From NCBI GenBank assembly GCA_000998135.1, contig LCCV01000011.1:4132-68131 (forward strand): 64,000 nt of DNA, in the 5' to 3' direction. The notes under the pieces are model-generated. The model made no database searches, was not told where the DNA came from, and saw only the letters and a list, made by a program, of their open reading frames with translations. Below, in pieces: positions 56,460-64,000 of this stretch (within the stretch, counting starts at the first letter, position 1; the number at the start of each line of letters is the position of its first letter). This DNA comes from Parcubacteria group bacterium GW2011_GWA2_42_14. Lineage in GTDB: Bacteria; Patescibacteriota; Minisyncoccia; Sungbacterales; GWA2-42-14. The translations under genes were made by a program, and so were the position numbers.

Positions 56460-56651
56460 ATGATTATCGTATGCTGGATGGTCGCCGAGCACCTATTCCG
56501 TCAGATATTTGATTGTATATGGTTAAAATCTGGAATAATCAGCAGAAAATTATATCGTTGTATGTGGCAGAATAGGTGCTCGGAGGAAAGTCCGAACATT
56601 CGGTCCTAAACGCGCCTTAGGCGCGTCGGACAATGGTAGTGGGTAATTCCC

Positions 56652-56775
56652 ATCTTTCTTGTCGCAGACAAGAGCGCGGAGTTACGCGGATAGCACGCGG
56701 AATAACGCAGAAAATTTCTGCGGCGTTCTGCGTCAGGTCTGCGACCGTCAGCGTTCTCGCCTGTGGCGAGAGAAG
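56652..56775. repeat. Family K ~125-bp element (CTTGTCGCAGACAAGAGCGCGGAnTTACGCGGA...ACGCAGAA...CTCGCCTGTGGCGAGAGAA) within rnpB
   Basis: Near-identical copy at 57062-57184. Related CGCGGA/CGCAGA-rich stretches in lepA at 62540-62590 and 63370-63430. Confidence 0.6.
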
Positions 56776-56814
56776 AGGTGCGAACAGAGACGCCGAGCAT
56801 TGAAAGATGCGAGG

Positions 56815-56920
56815 CGTCCCTCTCCACTTTTACTGATAACCTATTTTTTGTTATGTTGTCTTTTGTGAAAGATAACAGTTAAAAATTTCAAGCGGTTGTT
56901 AGTAAAAGTGGGGAGGGACG
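56815..56920. mobile_element. Family J element within rnpB (at the P12 position)
   Basis: CGTCCCTCTCCACTTTTACTGATAACC...GGTTGTTAGTAAAAGTGGGGAGGGACG. Confidence 0.6.
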
Positions 56921-57061
56921 AGTTCCAATGGCAACATCGGAAGTGAAACGGCTAAACCCTTACTTGGATGCAAGAGGACCTGTTTACGGCTAATTTATGT
57001 CAAAGAACAGGAAAAATAACTCGCTTGAGCCCGAGAGTAATTGAGGGCCTAGACAGATGAC

Positions 57062-57184
57062 CATCTCTCTTGTCGCAGACAAGAGCGCGGAATTACGCGG
57101 ACAGTACGCGGAATAACGCAGAATTTTCAGTGTTGTTCGACGTTCGTTCCGCGACTATCAGCGCTCTCGTCTGCGGCGAGAGAA
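57062..57184. repeat. Family K element within rnpB (immediately 5' of CR-IV)
   Basis: TCTCTTGTCGCAGACAAGAGCGCGGAATTACGCGGACAGTACGCGGAATAACGCAGAA...GTCTGCGGCGAGAGAAC. Confidence 0.6.
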
Positions 57185-57462
57185 CAGAATTCGGCTTATA
57201 GGCGTGCGATACGGAATCCGTCCTTAAGGGGCGGGTTTTTGTTATGTAATATTGGTGTGTGCATAAAATGTGATTGATTCGGGAAAACCGTTATATTATA
57301 CTTAAAGGGTATTTTTTAAGTACTTTTAACGAAATTATAAATATTCAGCGTTTTTCAACGTATCCATCAGTGTAAATTCAGCTTTTATGGCTATAAAAGC
57401 GGATAAAACGCGGATAAGTACGCCGATATTATGCTGAAAATTATATTTCGTAATTCAGTAAT

Positions 57463-58404
57463 ATGTACGAATCAACAGCAACATACGAACCGGTTGAGGA
57501 AGTAAAAAGTGAAGGCGAGGGTCGCGGATTGGCTAAAAAAATTGCCAGATGGTTTTTATATTTCCTGATTTTTTTGACTCCTGTTTTCTTTCTTACTTAC
57601 GCGTCCCCGGTTTGGTTTGGCAAGCAGATATTTGTTTATGTTTTGGGAGGGCTTGCTTTTATCGCGTGGCTTGTCGATTTTTTGACTTCCGGAAAAATTT
57701 CTTACAGAAAATCATTTTTGAATGTTGTCATATTTTTGCTGCTTTTGGTTTTTTTACTTTCCACATTTTATTCGCTTAGTTTTTACGAGAGTCTTTGGGG
57801 TTCGGATTCAACCGGCGAAAAGCTCTCATCCTTTATTGTATTTGCCGTTTTATTTTTGCTGGTTGGTTCTGTTTTTAAGGAAGAAGATGGCGTTAAATTA
57901 GGATTGGCGATTTTTGCGGGTTCTATTCTTGTCGGCGTTTTTTCGCTTTTGCAGGTGTTCGGCATACGCCTTTTTTCTGGAGATTTTGCCCAAACCTTTG
58001 ATTTTAATCCCGTAGGCACAATCAATTCACTTGCGGTTTTTTATGGGTTGGTGTTGTCCGTAGGCATCGGGGTTCTTTCTCATTTTAAAGAAATGCCCGA
58101 ATCTCGGCATAAGAAATACTTTTTTTGGGCAGTTTTGCTTTCTTCGGCCGTTCTTTTTTTGAATCTTTTTTTGATTGTCAGTTTTAAACTGGTATGGCTC
58201 GGTTTGTCTTTGGCGATGGTTATTCTTTTGAGTTTGAGTGTCAGAGTTTCGGCTCGGGCAGAGGAACAAAACGCGATTAAAAGATTTGGGGGATTATCTT
58301 TTTATCTGCCGCTGATTCTGCTTGTGGTATCCGCTCTTTTTTATATTTCTAATTTTCAGTTAGAATCCTATACTTGGAACGGGTCCTGCCACATTCATTT
58401 ATGA
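57463..58404 (+). CDS. Polytopic membrane protein (possibly the N-terminal half of an O-antigen-ligase-like protein)
   Basis: Eight or more hydrophobic segments. Confidence 0.35.
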   Translation: MYESTATYEPVEEVKSEGEGRGLAKKIARWFLYFLIFLTPVFFLTYASPVWFGKQIFVYVLGGLAFIAWLVDFLTSGKISYRKSFLNVVIFLLLLVFLLSTFYSLSFYESLWGSDSTGEKLSSFIVFAVLFLLVGSVFKEEDGVKLGLAIFAGSILVGVFSLLQVFGIRLFSGDFAQTFDFNPVGTINSLAVFYGLVLSVGIGVLSHFKEMPESRHKKYFFWAVLLSSAVLFLNLFLIVSFKLVWLGLSLAMVILLSLSVRVSARAEEQNAIKRFGGLSFYLPLILLVVSALFYISNFQLESYTWNGSCHIHL

Positions 58405-58513
58405 TTACAGTTTATATCGGGATCCCGTTTTAAATTTTGATCGTATATTCTGGGCAGTTAAGTTTTTCCACGGTTCGGCCCTTGGTACAACCCTTCTTTC
58501 TACAACCGGCATT

Positions 58514-59857
58514 TTGGGATTTGGAGCTTTTTTGTTGTTTGTTCTTTTGGCCGTTGTCGCGGTTTTGAAAAATACTTTATCCAGTCAAAGGGCGGAAGCG
58601 CTCCGTTTTGGTATTGCCTCAGCGGTTGTTTACGGTTCTTTTATGTGGTTTATGTACCCGCCGACTTTTACAACTACGCTTTACATGTTTTTGCTTCTGG
58701 GAATTTTTGCGGCGCTTTCCGTTTATGAATCGTGGGGCATTTTGGGTTTTGGAATGAGGACAATAACAAGTTCTTCGGCTTCTACCATGTTTGTCGGCTC
58801 TCTGATTTCCATTTTCTTGATTGTGGGAAGTGTTGTCGGTATGTATTATTCGTTTCAAAAATATATAGCCGAAAGTTATTATTCCGAAGGAATCAGGATT
58901 TTGAGCCAAACCACGGATACGGATAAACCCTTGGTTGAATTTGCCAACGCGGCTTTTATTGATCCCAAAGACGATAAGTATGCGCGGCTGCAGGGGCAGG
59001 TTTATTATTTCAGATTGAGAAATTTAATCCAGGGCCAGCTGCCCAGTCCAACCAGCCCGACCTTTGTCCAGGATTTCCAGACAAATTTTATATCAGCTTA
59101 TCAGGCCATTCAGCAGGCCCAGCGCTTAAATCCCAATGAGATATCCAATTGGTCGCTTTTAGGACTTATTTGCGAAACCGTAATTCAAGTCAATCCTCTT
59201 ATTTGTTCCGAAAAATTCCTTACGGGCACTTATGAAGACGCGATTAAATATGACCCTATAAGTCCTTCAGCTCATTTAGACGCGGGAAGGGCATGGCTTT
59301 TGACGGCTGATATTTTGGCCTTGCGCGCCGGTCAAAGCCAGGGCAAAGAAGAGGCTGATAGTTTGCAGTCGGAACGCGAGACGGCCATAAATAAAGCCGT
59401 AACGCATCTTGAAAAATCAGCTTCTTTGAAACCCGATTTTGCTTCAAGCCATTTCTTGCTGGCCCAGGCCTATGTAAGGCAAAATAATCTTCAGGGCGCC
59501 ATAAAGAAACTGGAAGATACCAAGGCGGTGACTATTGGTGATGTTGGTGTTTTGTTCCAGTTAGGCCTCCTTTATTATCAGGCCAATCAAATTGATAAAG
59601 CTCAGGCAGAATTTGAACAAGCTGTGCGGTTGAATGATAATTATTCCAACGCTCGTTACTTTTTAGGATTGATTTATGATCAAAAAGGCGATAAGCCGGG
59701 CGCTCTTGAACAATTCAGGAAAATTCAGGCTTTAAATCCGGATAATACCGAAGTCCGGTTGATAATTGCCAATCTGGAAAGCGGAAAGCCGGCTCTGTCA
59801 CAAGTTGTTCCACCGCTTCCCGCTCCGGAAACAAGAAAAGAACCTCCGGTTAAATAA
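58514..59857 (+). CDS. Membrane protein with a C-terminal TPR-repeat domain
   Basis: N-terminal TM helices. TPR-like repeats 'AQAYVRQNNLQGAIKKLED' and 'ARYFLGLIYDQKGDKPGALEQF'. Different frame from the upstream ORF. Confidence 0.4.
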   Translation: MGFGAFLLFVLLAVVAVLKNTLSSQRAEALRFGIASAVVYGSFMWFMYPPTFTTTLYMFLLLGIFAALSVYESWGILGFGMRTITSSSASTMFVGSLISIFLIVGSVVGMYYSFQKYIAESYYSEGIRILSQTTDTDKPLVEFANAAFIDPKDDKYARLQGQVYYFRLRNLIQGQLPSPTSPTFVQDFQTNFISAYQAIQQAQRLNPNEISNWSLLGLICETVIQVNPLICSEKFLTGTYEDAIKYDPISPSAHLDAGRAWLLTADILALRAGQSQGKEEADSLQSERETAINKAVTHLEKSASLKPDFASSHFLLAQAYVRQNNLQGAIKKLEDTKAVTIGDVGVLFQLGLLYYQANQIDKAQAEFEQAVRLNDNYSNARYFLGLIYDQKGDKPGALEQFRKIQALNPDNTEVRLIIANLESGKPALSQVVPPLPAPETRKEPPVK

Positions 59858-59859
59858 TA

Positions 59860-59978
59860 ACCAACAATCAACGACCGACAACCCTAAAGGGCCGAGCCCT
59901 CTTATACGACCGAGTCGTCAGACTTTAGGTCGGGCCTTAGGCCAACAATTTGTGTTGCAAGTTGTAAGTTGTAAGTTA
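59860..59978. repeat. Family F palindrome, long copy
   Basis: CCAACAATCAACGACCGACAACC...GGCCAACAATTTGTGTTGCAAGTTGTAAGTTGTAAGTT, with an internal palindrome GGGCCGAGCCC / GACTTTAGGTCGGGCC. Confidence 0.6.
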
Positions 59979-61667
59979 AATCTGGACTTTATCAAACGCG
60001 AAATAGTATCCATAAACGCCGCGGCCTTTCTTATAGGGGCCGCTGGTTTTTTGTCCCGTATTCTCGGGCTTTTTCGCGACCGGCTTTTAGCGGGTCGCTT
60101 CGGGGCCTCCCGGGAACTGGATATTTATTATGCCGCGTTTCAAATTCCCGATTTTATTTTCAATTTGTTTTTAATCGGTTCGGCCACGGCGGCCATTATT
60201 CCGGTTTTTCTTGAATATTGGGAAAAAGACAAGGAAGAGGCGCGCCGCCTGATTGACGGACTTTTTAATATCTTCTTGATTTTTTCCGCTGTTTTTTGCC
60301 TGCTTACGGCGGTTTTTGCCCCCTTACTTGTTCATTTTCTTGTTCCCGGATTCAGCGCTGAAGAACAGGCGTTGGCGTCTCTTATGACGCGGATAATGCT
60401 GGTTAGCCCTTTTTTTCTTAGTTTGTCCAATATTGTTTCGGGCGTTCTGCAGGCTCATCGCAGGTTTTTTGCCTTTTCGTTAAGCTCCATTTTTTATAAT
60501 CTGGGAATTATTTTTGGAATTATGGTGTTTCTGCCGTTCTTCGGTTTTTTGGGGCTTGCTTACGGCGTTATTTTCGGGGCTTTTTTGCATCTTTTGGCGC
60601 AATTTCCTGCTTTCTACGGCTTGGGTTTTCGTTTTAATCCTTCTTTTCGTATGGCTTTTCATCCGGGCATGAAAAAAATCGCGTTGTTGTCCGGACCGCG
60701 CGTTCTGGCGGTTTCATTCAGTTCTATCGGCGTTCTTATAGTAACTGCCGCCGTTTCAACGCTGTCGCAGGGCAGTATTGCCGTGCTTCAATTGGCCAAT
60801 AACATCAAATTTATTCCGGTGGGAATTTTTGGGGTAAGTTTTGCCGTTGCGGTTTTTCCGCGGCTTTCGCAGGCGTTCGTAAAAAAAGATCCGGAAGATT
60901 TTTACGGCGCGTTTTTTGGGGTTCTTAAGACGCTTATTTTTTGGCTGGCTCCCGTTTCGGTGCTGTTTTACGTTCTTCGGGCGCATATTGTGCGCCTTGC
61001 TTTGGGTACCGGACTTTTTGACTGGAGGGATACCCGTTTAACCGCGTCGGTTTTGGGAATTTTTTCCGTGCTTATAATCATTGAAAGTATTTTGCCGCTT
61101 TTGATTAAGTCGTTTTACGCCTTGAATAAAACGTTCCGTCCTCTGATCATTAATTTTTTATCCAATGCCGTAATCGTAGCGCTTTCGCTGTGGCTGATGG
61201 GGGTTTTTTCGGACGAATCTTCTCCGGTAACGCAGTTTTTTGGAAGAGTGCTTCGTGTAGACGACATTTCCGGTTTGGGCATACTGGGAGTTGCTTTGGC
61301 CGTGGTAATAGGCCAGACCTTGAATTTTTTTATTTTGCTGAAATTTTTTCTTGGAGAAGCAAAAAAATCGTTCGGTTTTTTGCCGGAGAACGGTTTTACC
61401 GGTAATATCCGCCGTATTGTTGTAGCGGCGGCAATTTCCGGGCTTACTGCTTATGCCGTTCGCATTGTGGCCGACTTTTTTATCACCCTTGATACGTTCC
61501 TGGGTGTTTTGGCGCAAGGCGGCAGCGCGGGTATTGCCGGTTTGCTTGTTTATGGTTTGATTTTATATAAATTTGAAAATAAGGAGATTATGGATATTAT
61601 TGAAGTATTCAAGCGCCGTTTGCTAAAACCGCAAGTTTTGCCGCAGGGAATCGAACTTGACAAGTAA
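59952..61667 (+). CDS. murJ: Lipid II flippase MurJ/MviN
   Basis: 'LSRILGLFRDRLLAGRFGASRELDIYYAAFQIPDFIFNLF'. Start placed at the in-frame GTG after a family-F repeat. Confidence 0.65.
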   Translation: MLQVVSCKLNLDFIKREIVSINAAAFLIGAAGFLSRILGLFRDRLLAGRFGASRELDIYYAAFQIPDFIFNLFLIGSATAAIIPVFLEYWEKDKEEARRLIDGLFNIFLIFSAVFCLLTAVFAPLLVHFLVPGFSAEEQALASLMTRIMLVSPFFLSLSNIVSGVLQAHRRFFAFSLSSIFYNLGIIFGIMVFLPFFGFLGLAYGVIFGAFLHLLAQFPAFYGLGFRFNPSFRMAFHPGMKKIALLSGPRVLAVSFSSIGVLIVTAAVSTLSQGSIAVLQLANNIKFIPVGIFGVSFAVAVFPRLSQAFVKKDPEDFYGAFFGVLKTLIFWLAPVSVLFYVLRAHIVRLALGTGLFDWRDTRLTASVLGIFSVLIIIESILPLLIKSFYALNKTFRPLIINFLSNAVIVALSLWLMGVFSDESSPVTQFFGRVLRVDDISGLGILGVALAVVIGQTLNFFILLKFFLGEAKKSFGFLPENGFTGNIRRIVVAAAISGLTAYAVRIVADFFITLDTFLGVLAQGGSAGIAGLLVYGLILYKFENKEIMDIIEVFKRRLLKPQVLPQGIELDK

Positions 61668-62120
61668 AAAACTCTTTATTATAATAGTGTTAAGATTATG
61701 TCCGGGAAGGAATTTACGCAACAAGAGACAGGAGGATGAGACAATGAAAATTTACGTTAGGTGTGTTCTTTGGAATCGGTTTACCCTTACAGGGTATAGG
61801 TCTTATTGTCGGTTTAGTCGGTTTAGGCCTTGATTTTTTCTTTCAGTCAGGACTAAAACCAGATGCGTGGGTTTTATGGTCTTGGTGTTTATCCTCTTGT
61901 TTTATTGGAGCTCTTTTGTTGGGGCATACACTTTTAGGTTTTCAGACCAAGACGGCATATGAAAGAACCCGCGACCACATACGCGCTTTCGGGAGAGTTG
62001 ATGACAGGTTTTATAATTGTTACGACAATTATTGTGATCGCGCTGGAGTTCGCATGGCTAAGGCCGAATTTATGAGAGCGTCTCGTTAGATATTTTTTGG
62101 CCGCAAATCATTGAGAGATT

Positions 62121-62354
62121 TTGCGGCCCTTTTTATTTTTTGCAGAAACTGTTCCATTTGATACAGTATTATATATGGGCACTATTAGAAATTTCGTTAT
62201 AATCGCGCACATTGACCCCGTTAGAAGTCCGACACGGCCCCAAAGTTTTCAGCGCAACTCTAAGCGAATGCGGCTTATGCCTTACGCCTACTGCATTAAA
62301 AAGCCTCATTTTCGACTTCTAACGGGGTTGACCACGGAAATTAATGAATATTAG
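62121..62354 (+). pseudogene. Decayed duplicate of the lepA 5' end fused to a CCCCGTTAGAA element
   Basis: '[14 protein letters not shown]' then read-through of a family-H element, then a stop. Confidence 0.4.
62216..62327. mobile_element. Family H element inserted into the 5' end of lepA, flanked by a degenerate ~33-bp duplication of the lepA start
   Basis: CCCCGTTAGAAGTCC...CGACTTCTAACGGGG. Flanks are ATTAGAAATTTCGTTATAATCGCGCACATTGAC and ATTAGAAACTTTGTTATAATTGCCCACATAGATC. Confidence 0.65.
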
Positions 62355-64000
62355 AAACTTTGTTATAATTGCCCACATAGATCATGGCAAAAGTACTTTG
62401 GCCGACAGGTTTTTGGAATTGACGGGAACAATTGAGAAGCGGAAAATGCGCGAACAATTTTTGGATACTATGGAGTTGGAAAGAGAAAAAGGCATCACCA
62501 TAAAAATGCAGCCTGTGAGGATGCTGTGGCATCCTCACCGCGGAAAAAACGCGGACTACACGCAGAACAACGCAGAATCCACACTGCTTTACGAAGACCT
62601 GACATATAAAATTCGAGGGGTGTTGTTTCAGGTGAGAAAAAAAATCGGACTTGGACACAAAGAACAGGTATACCATAATGCTCTTGAAATAGAATTTAAA
62701 AATGCCGGACTCTTATATGAAAGCAAGAAAAATATTCCTATTTTGTACGAAGGACGAAATATTGGTACATACCAGCCGGATTTCGTAGTTGAAAATAAAG
62801 TGCTTATAGAATTAAAAGCATTGCCAGAAATTGGCAGGCCTCAAGTTGAACAGACGTGGTCATATCCTAAGGGCTGTGAATATAAAGTTGCCTTGTTGGT
62901 TAATTACGGTTCTACTGACTTGGAAATAAAGCGTATTGTTTATGATACGGCACGTAACGTTTCAGCGTTGTCTGCGTTAAGTCAGCATATTTCTGCGGGC
63001 GTGTCTGATCAAATTGAGAATGATGAATATATTCTCAATTTGATCGACACGCCAGGACATGTAGATTTCACTTACGAAGTTTCTCGCGCACTTGCCTGCG
63101 TTGAGGGAGCGATTTTGCTGGTTGACGCGACCCAGGGAGTGCAGGCGCAGACTATTGCCAATTTGCATTTGGCGAAACAGGCCGGACTCGCAATAATCCC
63201 GGCCATCAATAAAATTGACCTTGCCGGTGCCCGTATTAAAGAAACCGAGGATGAATTGGTTAATCTTTTGGGCGTTAAGCTTGAGGATATTTTTAAGGTT
63301 TCCGGCAAAACCGGAGAAGGTGTTGAAAAATTGTTGCAGGCCGTTATTGAATTAATTCCGCCGCCCCATGGCGCGGACAATCGCGGACAAAATGCAGACA
63401 ATGGCGGATATTTTCCGCGACTGTCCGCGCTTGCCCCGTTAGATAGCGCTCGCGGCGCATCTAACGGGGTGAATCTGCGTGAGTCCGCGAATGCGCCGCG
63501 CGCATTAATTTTTGATTCCCATTTTGATAATTTCCGCGGTGTAATCGCGCATGTGCGGGTTTTTGACGGAGAGTTTAAAAAACAGGATAAAATTTTAATG
63601 GCGGTGGCCAAAAGCAAGGCCGACATAATGGAGTTGGGTTTTTTTATGCCCGAGCTTTTACCACAGGAAAAATTAAGTACGGGAGAGATAGGATATATTG
63701 CTACCGGAATCAAGGAGCCGGAAGGGGTTCGTATAGGGGACACGGTTATATTGGCGCGTGACGCGGAAAATAAAGTAGAAATATTTTTTGGGTACCGCCA
63801 GCCGAAGCCCATGGTTTTTGCGAGCGTATATCCGGAGGATGCCGATGATTATGAAAAATTGCGCGATTCTTTGAAAAAAATTAAATTAAACGACGCCTCT
63901 TTGTTTTTTGAGCCGGAAGCATCCGACGCTTTGGGTAGGGGTTTTCGCGCCGGATTCCTCGGTATGCTTCATATGGAAATAATAGGGGAGAGATTAAAAC
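62344..64000 (+). CDS. lepA: Elongation factor 4 (LepA), 5' partial to the window end, with two in-frame insertions
   Basis: '[20 protein letters not shown]'. '[19 protein letters not shown]'. Stop-free frame to 64000. GxxExxY domain insertion at ~62524-63025. Family-H-derived insertion at ~63370-63480. Confidence 0.85.
   Translation, partial: MNIRNFVIIAHIDHGKSTLADRFLELTGTIEKRKMREQFLDTMELEREKGITIKMQPVRMLWHPHRGKNADYTQNNAESTLLYEDLTYKIRGVLFQVRKKIGLGHKEQVYHNALEIEFKNAGLLYESKKNIPILYEGRNIGTYQPDFVVENKVLIELKALPEIGRPQVEQTWSYPKGCEYKVALLVNYGSTDLEIKRIVYDTARNVSALSALSQHISAGVSDQIENDEYILNLIDTPGHVDFTYEVSRALACVEGAILLVDATQGVQAQTIANLHLAKQAGLAIIPAINKIDLAGARIKETEDELVNLLGVKLEDIFKVSGKTGEGVEKLLQAVIELIPPPHGADNRGQNADNGGYFPRLSALAPLDSARGASNGVNLRESANAPRALIFDSHFDNFRGVIAHVRVFDGEFKKQDKILMAVAKSKADIMELGFFMPELLPQEKLSTGEIGYIATGIKEPEGVRIGDTVILARDAENKVEIFFGYRQPKPMVFASVYPEDADDYEKLRDSLKKIKLNDASLFFEPEASDALGRGFRAGFLGMLHMEIIGERLK

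Larger units (their letters stand above)
56476..57223 (+). ncRNA. rnpB: RNase P RNA (bacterial type A core) carrying three hairpin repeat insertions
   Basis: CR-I 'GGAGGAAAGTCCGAAC' at 56583. 'TGCGAACAGAGACGCC' at 56779. 'ACGGCTAAACCCTTACTTGGATGCAAGAGG' at 56948. 'GGCCTAGACAGATGACC' at 57043. CR-IV 'ACAGAATTCGGCTTATAGG' at 57184. GG-to-AA and CC-to-TT covariation in P4 relative to E. coli. Confidence 0.55.

Noticed and set aside
62524-63025. Intein or self-splicing intron inside lepA
   Set aside because: No intein junction residues (Cys/Ser at +1, His-Asn plus Cys/Ser/Thr at the C-junction). The segment is stop-free in the lepA frame for about 167 codons in AT-rich DNA, which argues against a non-coding intron. 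Interpreted as an in-frame domain insertion.
63072-63812. 246-aa minus-strand ORF (and the 62341..62676 and 62977..63168 minus ORFs)
   Set aside because: They lie entirely antisense to the conserved lepA coding frame and are low-complexity S/P/A-rich. They are shadow ORFs.

Overview
This 64-kb window looks like a small, AT-rich genome of the Patescibacteria/CPR (Parcubacteria) type. That placement is an inference from gene content, GTG starts and tiny intergenic spacers.

The core is a ribosomal super-operon: rpmB(-), rpsL-rpsG-fusA-tuf-rpsJ, then rplC-rplD-rplW-rplB-rpsS-rplV-rpsC-rplP-rpmC-rpsQ-rplN-rplX-rplE-rpsZ-rpsH-rplF-rplR-rpsE-rplO-secY-adk-adk-map. It is followed by ruvX, a GT2 glycosyltransferase, a galT-like gene, dedA, tpiA, NDH-2(-), pgk, recJ, a type IIG restriction-modification (RM) enzyme, a HipA-like kinase module, hicBA, rnhA, cca, rnpB, two membrane/TPR proteins, murJ and the 5' part of lepA. 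Upstream are an NMP-kinase-like gene, dcd, a NUDIX gene, a HExxH-peptidase/vWA gene pair plus an AAA_5 (MoxR-like) ATPase, tRNA-Pro and pepA(-).

What stands out:
- Nearly every intergenic spacer holds a palindromic, hairpin-forming short repeat built from tandem heptamers or short inverted ends. I count at least 13 families (A-M, with M split into two unrelated sub-families).
- These elements also sit inside functional genes: three hairpin insertions in the RNase P RNA, and in-frame insertions in map and lepA, including a roughly 165-aa GxxExxY/PD-(D/E)xK-like domain inside the EF4 G domain.
- The str/S10 operon is interrupted by three toxin-antitoxin pairs, a triplicated small-gene cassette, a GIY-YIG mini-element with inverted ends, an ASCH-like gene and two opposite-strand lipoproteins.
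- A Pup-ligase/deamidase (PafA/Dop) family gene sits next to an M50 protease with no Pup or proteasome in view.
- The best candidate for a new system is a type IIG RM enzyme translationally coupled (ATGA overlaps) to a split HipA-like kinase. The kinase is HipT-like (318 aa) and is followed by a 103-aa HipS-like protein. The module is bracketed by a duplicated RM 3' end and followed by hicBA.

Many ORF-track starts upstream of ribosomal genes (the 'MSHVTC...' N-termini) are artefacts of reading through the CATGTCA heptamer repeats, and I have moved those starts downstream. All functional calls rest on motif-level reading of the translations; no database search was possible.
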